This document shows, one piece after another, positions 10,009 through 22,773 of a stretch of 53,759 bases of DNA. Each line of letters opens with the position of its first letter. The stretch's first letter is position 1. The DNA comes from Nemertoderma westbladi (Eukaryota > Animalia > Xenacoelomorpha): the NCBI GenBank assembly GCA_032718475.1, contig JAUCBJ010007288.1, positions 1 to 53,759 on the forward strand. Reading direction: 5' to 3'. The position numbers and the translations under genes are program-made. Under the pieces are notes generated by a model, which saw nothing but the letters and a program-made list of their open reading frames with translations, was not told the origin of the DNA and did no database searches.

Positions 10009-11685
10009 TAATAATACATTTCCAAACTGACAATGTATAATAGATAGCTAGCTAATCAATACTCAGACAGTCAGATAATATCTGAATATGCAACATACTG
10101 ACATAGGCTGATAGGTCTACCGGTACCCGGACCGGAACTAGTCTACGTGCTTGAAAGACCTCAGACCTCCCTAAAATAAGATGCATCGCATCATGTAAAG
10201 ACAATTTTCTAGGCCTACATAAAGTACTGAAGTATACCAAACAAACTAAATAAACAGGTACCAGTCAGCCAGTACAGTACCCATGCCGTACCCTATGCCC
10301 TATACGTAATGTTCATCAGCAGCATTTGATTATTTCACTGTACTGCTGTAGGTCTACAAATGAAAAGCAGCAAAGTGCATTTATTACTAATACTGTAATA
10401 CCTAGCGTTGGCTGGCTGTGTGTGGGGGGGGGGGGGGCAGGGGGGGCTGTTGTTATAACTTATATTGCAGTCGCAGTGCAGCACTGGTTCCCAGTAGCCA
10501 GTACGGTACAGCATAGGTTGTAGGTGATATTTGCTAATTTGGTAGGCGTTGTCGTTGTCTGGAAGTGCCGAACCCGAAACAAAGTCACATCATTTTCAAC
10601 TGTTTTGAACATTTCTGTACCAAACAGCAAGTACCAGTACAGCAGTAATACTGTACCAGTACTGCAGTACAGGACAGGTACAATACTGCAATACCACAGA
10701 TCAGCTGATAGAAATAAGAAAAGATTACCGAGCGGTCCGCTCCGCGGTACCGGTACCTACATCAAGCTAACAGCCAGCTCTAGCGTTGTTAGCAGCTGTG
10801 TGAATAAGTTTAAAATCCCCTCTATTTGTTACTCTTCCCAAAGGACCAATAAAATTCAAAGGCAAAGGCGATAGGGCAGGCCTGTTCATTTCTTGAACGC
10901 ACAGCTCATAAAAGCAAAGTTATTGTTCAATTTTAGCCAGCAAATAAAGCAGCGTAATTGAGGTGCCTAGCCCAGTGCAGATGGATGGAGGAAAGCTATT
11001 GGTTCACAGTCGTTATTGTTAGTATTGATAGTGTATTGTTAGTGTTGAAGTCAAGTCAGTAGGAAAGAGAAACAAAACTGTACACGGTTTACAGCCGGTC
11101 GCGCGGGCTTCTTCGCTTTACAAACGGAAAGTTATGCGAACAGGTAACAGGTATTCCTATTTTATGTCAGCTACTAAAGCAACAATTCCAAGGTTCAGAT
11201 GCAAGACGATCTATAAGAAAATGATGTCATACTCATCCATCCATCCATACATACCATCAACATACTGTACGTATCAGATCAATCAATGCCTTGTTTCAAA
11301 AAGAGGCAAGTCTTTTTCAATAATTCCATGCTCTGCCTTACACTACATTACCACCGGTAGTAAATAGTTCTACAAGTTTTAATGTGCAATTTTTAGCTTT
11401 ACATAGTTATAATTATAATTAATATAATAATTATAATTACATAGTTATAGACCTCACTAGTGTTTATTCCAATAGTATTGAATGGTGGTGTATTATGTTT
11501 GTGTGGTGGTTATTGCAGTTGATGGGGTAATATACAGAGTAGGCCTACACCTTCCGTTATACTAATATTATTCAATGTTTTAGGTGGTTGTGCGGATATA
11601 TTTTTACCTAGAGCAAAATAAACCGTATAACTACGGAGGCCGAAGGTCGAGGTTGTTATAAGGTTTTTTGTTGAAGGCCTACTAA

Positions 11686-11735
11686 AGGGAATTGTGGCGG
11701 CGCAATTTCGTCGATAAGCCGGCATAGCATTCTTC
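11686..11735 (+). mobile_element. Short 3' fragment of the RTE-like family
   Basis: Reverse-complement match to about 40705-40752 and 46946-46990. Confidence 0.6.
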
Positions 11736-13104
11736 CTTTATCACATTGTACAGGTAAATTGGACACCAACGACCCCTACTTACAGTATGTGAAGGGGATA
11801 ACCGTGAATTGAGGGTTATTGACGCGTTTTCATTGACTTTATTCTAACCCAAAAATTAAACCATAGTCAATAGCGCGGTCACAGTTCCTGCTGTTATCTG
11901 TGTTGATTTTACTCTGTATTTTGATTGCTAATTGATAATGGAAACATTCGGAATATTAGTATAATCCATTTGGGAGGGAAAGTAATTGAGCAACATCATT
12001 AGCCATTACAATTCAACACCGAAGTACGTGAGATCATGCGTGTACAGTAGGTGCATTCCACGAAATACTAACCAAAATTTGTAAAAAAAATGTTAAAATC
12101 CCATCAACCAATATACTCTATGCATCGCCATGTGTAATTTGTAAAGACGCAACTAACATGTTTGGAATAATAATCTAAATAATCATAAATAATAAAAATC
12201 AATTTTGCACAACTTGTAAATTGCATTTGGCCCATTTGCCATTGACGATACTTGACCCTCCCCTCCCTAAAATAAATGAAATTTTTACGTTATTTTGAAC
12301 TTCCATGTGAGTTTTATATATTTTTTCTTTGTAGGAGCAACCTATTTCAACTGGCGCCTACTCTCCAAGATACGAGATTTTATAAATAAGTTACAAAGTT
12401 ATCAATAATATATATAATATTTCCAATCCATTTGGGAAATTTTTTGCGTAATTGACCGTTGTTTATTTGTATTTAATTAGATATAATTATTGTTTCCCCA
12501 AGTATTATTTTTTAACCATTTCTTCAGTTTATCTGATAAGATTTCAGAACTAGGGAGAGAGAGATTGTCGTCATTTAAGTTGTAAAGTTATTACGAGAGT
12601 TTCAAGAATGTCTACATTTTATAAGCTGCAATGAATGTATAATAATATCTAAAGGCATATAATCATACACGAAACATTGCGGCGACAATGCATAGTAATA
12701 ATAATACAAAGGCCCTATGTAGCACAATAATGCATATTTATAAATAGCAGACATACGGTGAAGGTGTGACGGGGGAGGGGATAAAAAAGGGCTTAAAATG
12801 GGAAAGTGGACACTGGAAAGTGGAAATTAGTTTATTATTTTGGTTAAATAATAAAGTTAACTTTGATAAAAAAAAATCTATACTAAACTGCTACTTTCCC
12901 TTAATAGCTCCTGGCCTGGTAGATAAAAATACAGTAAAACAGGTGTATGAAGAAATTTTTGTTAAACGGTTTTTGTGACTTCCCTCCCCAACCCTCCCCT
13001 TCCCCCTTACACCAGAGCGACTAATTGTTTTTACGATAGTGGTCCTACGTAGATATGGTTCGTAACGGAACATCTTAACATCAATATATAGCGAGAAACA
13101 TTGT

Positions 13105-13530
13105 TCAGGAGGCTTTAACGATAAGGTGTATATAATAGGAGGGATTGTCTTCTTGTTTGTACGGCTGGAAGTCTCCCAACACGGTGTGCACGGGTGGGTT
13201 TTCGAACGCCTCGTCCAACAGTTGCTTGAAGTGCTCGAGACGATGTGGGTGGTAGCTGAGACGGAACTTGCACAGGGCTCCCTCCTCGAAGGCGGAAACA
13301 TCCTGGCCCTCCTGCCCGGCTATACTCGTGTCGATCTCGTAGTCCAGCGTGATCATCGTCGATCTCCCGTTCACGTAGAGACAGGAGGTTTTTATGTCGT
13401 GGATTCGGTCGCTCTGGTAGTAGACGTTGCGCTTGGGCGCCACCCCGCGGTCTAGGATCGCATCGTAATTACGATGGTCGATGATGAGAACTCCGCCGGG
13501 TTTTAGAACGTCATGGAAATTACGAAGAGC
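13105..13530 (-). CDS. GNMT: Glycine N-methyltransferase, exon 3
   Basis: AATAG acceptor, phase 0; ALRNFHDVLKPGGVLIIDHRNYD...KFRLSYHPH...VLGDFQPY...*. Confidence 0.95.
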   Translation of the reverse strand, partial: ALRNFHDVLKPGGVLIIDHRNYDAILDRGVAPKRNVYYQSDRIHDIKTSCLYVNGRSTMITLDYEIDTSIAGQEGQDVSAFEEGALCKFRLSYHPHRLEHFKQLLDEAFENPPVHTVLGDFQPYKQEDNPSYYIHLIVKAS

Positions 13531-13786
13531 CTATTGGAGGGAAATTTAAAATAAAGTGAAAAACTGCTCAATTGAATTTTGTGTTCAAACGATAGAAGGG
13601 CATGTTTATTGGTCGTTGCAATGCAATGGTGCGACCTTTATTTCAATAAAACTAAACTGGTGGATAGATTCATTTACTCCCACAAAACACATTTACTATA
13701 TAAATGTACATTAAACAATAAAATATTAAATTATTTAAAATTAAAATCTAATGGTTATGAACTCAGCATCTTACAACGCCACAAAC

Positions 13787-14012
13787 CTGTTTAATGTTAT
13801 GCATACTCCCATCAAAATCAGGAAGATGTGCGAAAGAGTTTCCCAGACATATGACTGCGTCGTACCCCGAACCATCATGGAGGTCTTTGACATCGTTCAC
13901 GAGTTCAACCCAGTTGCCTTCCTCTATGATCCATTCATCGAAATTCGCCTCTTTACGACGGCGCCAACGTTCCTTCAACGCGTACTTTAACATTTTATCA
14001 GAAGCGTCAACA
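13787..14012 (-). CDS. GNMT: Glycine N-methyltransferase, exon 2
   Basis: AAACAG acceptor, CAG|GTTTGT donor; (S)[16 protein letters not shown]...[15 protein letters not shown]. Confidence 0.95.
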
Positions 14013-14160
14013 CTGTTTATTAAAAATTAAAATATCCAGTAGATAGTGGGATTTATACTAACAAAGAGAGTGGGGGGGGGGGGGGGGGGGGGGGGTGGAC
14101 TTTTTTGAATAAAATAAATTCATCCCTCTCCAAGGTTAAGGTAATAAATTGTTGATCAGA

Positions 14161-14450
14161 GCTTACCACGTCCTTATAGATTGAGCAGTGCTTACCACGT
14201 GCTTATAGATTGAGCAGTGCTTACCACGTGCTTATAGATTGAGCAGTGCTTACCACGTGCTTATAGATTGAGCAGTGCTTACCACGTGCTTATAGATTGA
14301 GCAGTGCTTACCACGTGCTTATAGATTGAGCAGTGCTTACCACATGCTTATAGATTGAGCAGTGCTTACCACGTGCTTATAGATTGAGCAGTACTTACCA
14401 CGTGCTTATAGATTGAGCAGTGCTTACCACGTGCTTATAGATTGAGCAGT
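14161..14450. repeat. 29-bp minisatellite, 10 copies, starting at the GNMT intron 1 donor
   Basis: Unit GCTTACCACGTGCTTATAGATTGAGCAGT, nearly invariant. Confidence 0.95.
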
Positions 14451-14456
14451 GCATAC

Positions 14457-14716
14457 CTTGTGACATTGAAGTGTTCCTCCACCAACATGACTGAATCCAC
14501 TCCTGTTCCGCAGGCAGCATCTAATACTTTGCGACAATTATGATTGCGCAATGTGTTACAAAGCCACTCCCTGTAGACCTTGGTCCGCTGTGAGTGACCC
14601 CCGATGTAGAGCTCCCAGACCTTGGCCGCCTTACCGTCGGCGTACTGGTCACGAATACCTTGGGCACCAACACCTAGCGACCGCGTACGGAATACGCTGT
14701 CTATCTTGTCCGCCAT
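14457..14716 (-). CDS. GNMT: Glycine N-methyltransferase, exon 1 (spliced CDS 912 nt, 303 aa)
   Basis: [41 protein letters not shown]; donor AG|GTATGC, phase 2. Confidence 0.95.
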
Positions 14717-16176
14717 ATTTATAATAAAACCGGTAAACCGTTAGTCAACAAGGTAAACAACGAGATTGAATGTTGTTCTATAAATATAAGGGTACAGTGA
14801 AGTTAATAAAAAAAATGTGTAATAAATTTATCTAAACTTTATTATGCTAATTAATTACTGAAAATATCACGAAGATAGTGCATTATATAGTTTGAACTGG
14901 GACACCATATGCATTATAGACAATCATGTGACATGTGATCAGTGTAATGTTGACACAGCCACGTCATACATGTGGTGCCAATGAAAACCAATAACAATAG
15001 TATATACGTAGCGCCCCACTCCAAAACAATTAGTGACAAATACGGTTCCAGGGTAATGTTTGCTGGGTTCATTTAACTTTATGTGTCATCTATTACGAGG
15101 ACAGCACCTGGTTGGCTAGAGCAGTGAGAGTTTCTGATGGTTGGTGATGATTGGAGTATTTAGTAGGCGGTAATATTCGCCATTTCCATCCAGATGAAAC
15201 CAGTTTTTTCTTGGATTATTAGGCCTACTGCCAGTGCCTGCTACATGCTGGTTCCGAATTCGCAGGCCGATGCGATGTTTCCTTTCAACATTGTGCGTAT
15301 AGTGCCATGCCAATGCCCCCGATGCCAGTGTCATCACACATACGATCTAGGTACGTGTCCGTTGCGAGCCGTATATTTTTTATACTTCCCCTCCCCTCCT
15401 TAATGGTGTTAGTGTTAGGTGGGGGGGGGGGGGGGGGGGGGGGGGTTACAGACGTTTAGGTCCAATGGGTGAAATATAAGATTTGCTTGTTGGGCCCATG
15501 TGAAGTATACCCTACTTTCTGCCGTTATATTTCACTTTGCAGTTACCCCCATGTGAAGAATACCAGGTTTTCACCAAAAATACAGGTTACAGAATGGCTG
15601 AATCTAACCAAAACAATAAACAAATTAGTATATGTACAGGTTATAAGACGGAAATAAGCGATATAAAACACTTATAGAGATAAATTTAAAAAAATCAAAA
15701 ATCTTCATATATAAAATATGTCATTGGTACACATGTCATTGTAGTCTGGCAAAAGTTTAGAAATTTTCCAATTTGAATTTCCGTGTGGCCTTCGAGAAGC
15801 TAAGATAATAGCAGTTAATTAGTTAATTAAGTTGATTAGGGTAAAAACAGCATTTTCAACCTGCCTTTTAAAGGAAACTAATTATTTTATAGTATAAGAT
15901 TTCAATAATTATACTTAAAAATTATATAGATGTAATCCCTATACCCCATTCCATTATAGTTTTTAATTAGTTCAAGTGATTTGCTTTAGTAAATGTGTCT
16001 TTAATTGATCTAAACGTAATTAAAACGACACAATTATTGAGTACAAATTTAATCCTCTCCATTATTGGTCACCATATCTACTGTAGTTTCTGCTGGTATG
16101 GTGTGTAGCTAGCTGCTGGGAGTTGTTTCTTAGCCTAACCAGAGGGGAATTGTACATAATAGGCAGCAGTATTGAT

Positions 16177-17425
16177 GATTGGGGGACGTTAGTGCCCGCG
16201 AGACGTTAGTGCCCGCGGGCACTAATGTCTCAGGACTTTAGTGCCCGCGAGTCATTAGTGCCCGGGAACCATGTCTGCAAGTGAGACGTTAGTGCCCGCG
16301 AGTCATTAGTGCCCGAGGACCTTGTCTGCAAGTGAGACGTTAGTGCCCGCGAGTCATTAGTGCCCGGGAACCTTGTCTGCAAGTGAGACGTTAGTGCCCG
16401 CGAGTCATTAGTGCCCGAGGACCTTGTCTGCAAGTGAGACTTTAGTGCCCGCGAGTCATTAGTGCCCGGGAACCATGTCTGCAAGTGAGACGTTAGTGCC
16501 CGCGAGTCATTAGTGCCCGAGGACCTTGTCTGCAAGTGAGACGTTAGTGCCCGCGAGTCATTAGTGCCCGGGAACCATGTCTGCAAGTGAGACGTTAGTG
16601 CCCGCCAGTCATTAGTGCCCGAGGACCTTGTCTGCAAGTGAGACGTTAGTGACTCAACCAAAGTCGTCCATTAACATACACTAATTTAATTAATTCCCTA
16701 ATTTAATTAACTAAAAGTACTACTTTACTTTTAAATCGTCGACAAAATGTCAGACAGTCGACTGAGTATTTTTCTTGAAATCATTAATTAATTACTAAAA
16801 TATATTGGTTAGTGCGTCCTCCGACGATTATACTGTAGTACTGCACCTTGTTTTTTTTTTTTTATTACACACTGTCTCCAGTAAAGTTCAACAAATTAAG
16901 TATATCTCAATCAAAAGTAGGTTACTTATAAACAATCAAACGCTGTTGCTTAATCCTCATTCCTTGAAAACTTTACCGCAAAACCAAATAATATAAATGC
17001 CACCATGTCTAGCTGAGGTTAATAAATTTTTTAATCATAAAAGATCCAAGTTGAAATTAAAATGTTAAATAACGAGATGCGGGAACTAAAGACTGGAAAT
17101 TACCTTTGAAGTTTGAAGAAAGTAACGACTCGTTTGCATCAGCAGGAACTAAAGAAGCGGGAAATGTCTTCCTGGCCTGTTGTATTTATTACATATACTA
17201 ACTAAGTCGCTAGGCGGGCACTAATGTCTCGCGGCACTAATGTCTCGCGGGAACTAACGTCTCGCGGGCACTAACGTCTCGCTGGCACTAACGTCCCATG
17301 GGACATTAGTGCCCGCGATAATGCGACTAAGTGACCGCGGGCACTAAAGGTACTGAGACATTAGTGCCCGCGGGCACTAAAGGTACTGAGACATTAGTGC
17401 CCGCGGGCACTAACGTCCCAAGACC
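16177..17425. mobile_element. Foldback-type DNA element with modular 17/51-bp subterminal repeats
   Basis: TIR core GGGACGTTAGTGCCCGCG at both ends; 8-bp TSD GTATTGAT (16169-16176 and 17426-17433); about 8 copies of a 51-bp unit at 16234-16652; inverted 17-mers at 17216-17420. Confidence 0.8.
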
Positions 17426-17609
17426 GTATTGATATTGCAGCCCAGACAGCATTCTTTAACTCCCACCATATAAGTTGCCTGTATTGCTATCTCAGGTAAA
17501 ATGACAAATATAATAACATAAATACTAAATACTATCCATGGCATGGCTGTTGTAGGCTTATATCTGAAATAGTTTATTCCAGAATATATTTGTCTGGTTA
17601 CTGTTATAT

Positions 17610-19060
17610 TTATTTCACTGAAGAAGAAGTAGAAGCAACCATTAGAGACAAACCGTCTGGCAAATCGGGAGGTCCTGACCGACTGCCATACGAGCTGTTC
17701 AAGGCTGCGTTACCACTCACCCTTCTCCTGTGGACAACGTTGTTCAACCTCTGCTTATCCACCGGCACTCTAGTGACATCTTGGAAGTCCAGCATTATGC
17801 GAGTATTGTACAAAGGCAAAGGGTCTAGGTCAGACCCAAATTGCTATAGGGGTATAGCCTTACTGTGCAATGCATTTAAGATACTAACTAGTCTCGTCGA
17901 GAAACGCCTTCGTAAACTCGTCTCACATCGGATTCCCCCAGAGCAATTTGGTTTCATGCCAGGCAGGTCCACAGCTACCCCACTTGCGCAGTTTATCAAC
18001 TGTATACACAGCACTCTGTCGTCACCTAGGAAACCGCTATACGCGGTATACATAGATTTCAGTAAAGCGTTTGACAGCGTTCCACGTGCCCGGTTACTGT
18101 TTAAACTACAATACACGTTCAACATACGAGGAAACTTACTGCGGATAATCAAGGCAATCTTGAACACGAACTACATTCAAATTTTCGATGGTTTACGTAA
18201 ATCTAAAATAATACAACAAACACGAGGCGTACTTCAAGGTGACACCCTTAGCCCATTGTTTTTCATCTTATACATTTTTGATATTGTAGACTTCATCAAA
18301 CTTGCCACCATCCGTATCGCGGAGATTTTTGTGCTGCTGTTCGCAGACGATCTATTATTCTATAGTGAATCCAGGGAAGCCGTACAGGCTGGCTTAGATG
18401 CCACAGCAACATGGGCAGCCGACAACGGACTCGAAGTAAACCTCAGCAAGACAGCCGTGATGAAGTTCCGTCGGGGTGGCCGATTGGCCGCCTCTGATAA
18501 ATTCACATATAATCCAGTAAATATTACGAACTCATACAAATATCTAGGCGTTACCTTCCAGTGTTCACTATCATTCACCAAACACATAACAACTACTTTT
18601 ACAAAGGCCATCACAGCAACCCACTACATAAAGAATCCGAAATTACTTTCAGTTTCAACAGCCACCAAGTTATTCAAACTGAAAGTACTACCGATCGTTC
18701 TGTACAGCCTAAGAGAAATATGGCCTCACTTATCGCCAGCAAACCTACACACAATAGATAAAATTAAATCATCTTTCCTAAAGAAAGTTCTGGGACTCCA
18801 CAAAACTACTCACAACCGCTTAGTCTTGGAAATATGCAAAGAAAACAATCTGGTAATCGATATTGTGAAGCAACTAAACCTCACAAACACACCGGAATAT
18901 CTGGAGTACCTTCACTCAGTACGAAATAAAATATCAGAAATACCACCAGAGTTCTACAATTCCATCGCATTCCGTGACAGGCGATGGACGGGCCCCAACT
19001 ACAAAAACAGACACGTTGTATGCAGATTCGCGGTGCACGGCTTCCACCACCTCATATGCT
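17610..19060 (+). mobile_element. 5'-truncated non-LTR retrotransposon, RT domain still open
   Basis: KSGGPD, NCYRGIAL, QFGFMPGRST, IDFSKAFDSV, GVLQGDTLSPLFF, FADD, YKYLG; homology ends at HGFHHLIC where another LINE's tail begins. Confidence 0.9.
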
Positions 19061-19603
19061 GTATGTATGTATGTATGTATTATATTGATAACCGCACGAA
19101 ATTGAAGAAAAGAAGAAGGAAACTCAAGAAATAACCGGTAATCCAGAGAAAAATACACGGGAAATTAACAAATAGGTAAATAAATGGCTGGTATAAATAC
19201 AGTAAACTACGGGGTTAGACAACAAACATTCATCAATTGTTAATAATTAAATAAATAAGTTACTGTAAGTATTTATACATAAATAAGTTAAGGTTATATA
19301 AGGTCTAGAAATAAGTGGTTGTCATTACAAAACTAAGTATCTAAATAAATAAGCGGTGGGTTAGCCTTGCGAGAATGATAATAAATTCTAATAATACGGT
19401 GGGACTAGTTAAGAAATATAAAGTATAAAATATAGACGCCAATAATAAATTGTCATAATATTGAAGTACTGTATAACTAAAGATAAGAACACACGTTCTG
19501 ATATATATATATATAATAGAGGTATCATGATTATAGCATTATAAAAAGTAAGGCTGAAGTAAATTTAGAGGACCATAGTGACATGAAGAATTATTGAAAG
19601 TGA

Positions 19604-22600
19604 TTAGACTGTCGATAATTCTTTGCGGGCGTGTAGTAGTTTGTTAACGAATGTGGGGCTATTTTTCAATTCGAGGACGGTCGCTAACGAGTGACCCTCG
19701 CCGTCAATAAACCTGGCTCTTTCTGAAGCATAGTTAGGGCATTTTAGAAGAAAATATTCTTCATCTTCCACTAGACCACAGCGGCAAAGCCTTTCTTCCC
19801 TTGGAACACGTGAGTAACACGCCCTTTTCAATCGCGAGTTCGTGCGAGCTGGTCCGGATACGCAAGAAGGAAATTATATCTGGTGATGAATGGAAGGCGT
19901 CATAAGCAGATGGTCTGGTCAGGGATGGGTTTATAGAGAGATATGTGGAGTACTTAGATTTTCCACTGTTCGCCTTGGAAATAATTGATAGTTTAATTAA
20001 GTCTAGAGCGTCTTTCTCGAATTGTTTGGGGTCCTCAAAGTAGCACAGGATTTGAGGTAAGATACAAGGGGGATATTAGAACGTGAGGAATCTTTATCTT
20101 TGTCCGACAAGAGTGAGAGCAGTGGGTCCGCTGTGTCTTCGTGATCGTCAGAGAGTATTCGTTTTATCAGTTTACCAGTGCGGGCCTTAATCACAGAAGA
20201 AATAGGTGGTCTGCCTAGTTCCACATAAACAAATTCGTTTGGTGTAGTTATTTTTACACCGAGCAAAGTCTTAAGAATTTTTCTATATTGCGATTCTAAT
20301 TCCTTGTGATTGACGTTTCCCCAGGATTCGCAGTTGTACAAGATTCCGTTAATGATACATGCATCCAACACCTTTTCTTTTACCATAAGTGGAGCTGTTT
20401 TATTTTCTCTTAAAAAAGCGTAGTACTTGGTGAAGTGGGACTGTCTGCGCTTTAGGTCAGCTAAATACATATCCTTGAGACATCCCGAGGAACATAGAGA
20501 TGAACCCAAGTAAACCTCATTTGGAGAAGGTTTAATTTCTCAATTTTCTACAGCGAGAGGGAATAAGTCTCTTGTTGAAACATTTGTACAAAGGACCGCA
20601 CATTTTTTAGGGTTTAAGTTGATGAAATTTTCGCAGCAATAATTTTCTAGTAGTTTCAGTTTCTTGATGGCAGAATCACGTGTAGTTGCTAACAATAAAG
20701 TATAGTCCGCATGAATTAGGAGGTGTATTTCATTAATTAGTTTCTCAGGTTTACAGTGTGTAAAAATTTGAATAAGGTCCAGAGTATAAATGATGTAGAG
20801 TATCGGACTCGATGGGGCTCCTTGTCTGATACCACCTAGGAGCTGGAATATTCTTGAGAACTCATTATCATAGTGGACAGCGACATTTGTATTCAGATAC
20901 ATTGCCATTAATGCATGCAAAAGGACAATACCGCATCCCATCTTCGCTAATTTTAAGAATAGTTTTTTCCGACTGATTTTGTCAAAGGCAGCGGAGAAAT
21001 CCGTTAGAATTACCCATAGTTGTCGTTTTTTGCGTTTGGCGGTATTGAGTATTATTTTGACAGTTAGAACGTGCAGGATGCAGCTTCTACCTTTTTGAAA
21101 GGCACTTTGAGTTTTCGGGATTATGATCCATTCAGTTATGCGAAGACATAGTACAAGATCATATAATTTAGCAAGGATGGGTAGTAAGGTAATTCCGCGC
21201 ACATGACTAGGTATTAGCAGCTTGCCTTTTTTAGGCAGTGCAAGAAGGAATCCGAACCATATAGAGGGGTATGCCCCAAGTCCACGTTTGAACAGTAGGT
21301 TGAAAAGGCAGAGTATATATGGCATCATTACAGGCAGGATTTGATGTAGAGTCTTGGCGGAGAACCCATCAGCATTGCTACTATTATTGTTAAGTTTGTT
21401 GACGGCGGTTTCTATCTCATTTTCTGTAATATCTTTGTCCAAATCTGGGTTAGATGACCCTGCAATATCTTCAAAGTCACATTCGTGAGGGGAAATAGAG
21501 AAATGATTCTCGAAGTGGTCAGCAAGACCAGCAGCAGAAGTCATTGATTCAATATCAGTAGTAGTTCGGTTGAGTTTTCCTTTGAAGTCGATTTTATTCC
21601 AAAGTGTTCTAGAATCGGTTGAATTTAAACATTCGATCCAAGATTTTAGTTCGCTATTCGACCAGTTGCTAAGATACGTGTTCATATCTTGGCAGACATA
21701 GTTTGATATGCACTCGGACTCATTAAAGGCCTTATTGCCTTCTAGACATTTTCTATTTCTTTGTAAACATGACAGAGCCGCAGTTTTCATGGCATGTTGA
21801 ATAGTTGATGCTATTTCCGTTGTTGTAAGGTTGGATAGAGAATTTACAGGAGGTAGAAGGCAAGGTAACGTTATAATCATTTTGTCATGATCGATCAGTT
21901 CTGGAGTGTAGTTTGGTCTTTTACTATGATTGTTAATTTCTTGAGTTAGATCCAGAACTGCAGAAAGCAAGGACTGAGCAACATTTGCCGATGTGATGTT
22001 GTGAGTTAGTGACAGTGGCAGATGATCTGAGATGGGTGGGGCAGATTTCGTTATACTTAATCGTAAAGATTTGGCAATGTTTTGATCATTACAGAGACAC
22101 CAGTCTAGTTGGCTTCTTAACTCACCTCTGTTAAAGGTAAAATCGCCATCATTCACGTGATATCTCGTTCGTAGATGATTTAAAGGGTACAGGCTATAAA
22201 CATTCATCAGCTTAATCATTGTAGACCCATTTGCGTTAATTCGAATATCGGGGTTAGGTGTGTAGTGGTTTATGTTGTTCAAGGCATTTAGGTCACCAAG
22301 ACGGCAGTTCATATCCCCTATAATGACAGTAGATTTACTGTGGTTGTTGTTTTGGAGTAGAAGGCTATTTAGTGAAGCAAAATATTGTTCACTAAAATAA
22401 GGCGAATCCGCCGGGGGTATGTACAAGAAGAGATAACAGGAGCCATCCACTAGGCAGCTAGGCGAACTTCAACACAGTCAGTAAAGAACTTCTTCGCCGA
22501 AACAATAAACATTTTCATGGAGACATGATATGAAAAGGAGCAACCCCCTCTTGGATATAAAGAGTTGCAGTTTAGGTCGGGGAATTCTATAGTAACAAAA

Positions 22601-22773
22601 TTTTGCATGTTCAGGGTTCGTTGGTTTATCAGACTATGTGTTTCTGACAAATATATAAAGTGGTAATTAGAGAGGAATTTGGAAACGGTTTCATTTTTCA
22701 ATGTGTTGGAGCCATTAATATTCCATGAAATAGTTTTTATATCTAAGTTTAGCAAGGCTAACCCACTGTTCAA
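19604..22773 (-). pseudogene. LINE ORF2 (APE endonuclease + RT), frameshifted
   Basis: SWNING, LSETH, GDMN, SDHLP, DFSAAFDKI, GIRQGAPSSP; catalytic xADD is HADY; breaks near 22450, 20530, 20010 and 19830. Confidence 0.9.

Noticed and set aside
14161-14450. 29-bp array as a CRISPR array
   Set aside because: Units are contiguous with no unique spacers, it lies in a eukaryotic intron, and there are no cas genes.
15116-15403. Short ORFs upstream of GNMT
   Set aside because: No recognisable domain or splice context.
16230-16661. 143-aa repetitive ORF
   Set aside because: By-product of the 51-bp subterminal repeat of a TSD-flanked element.
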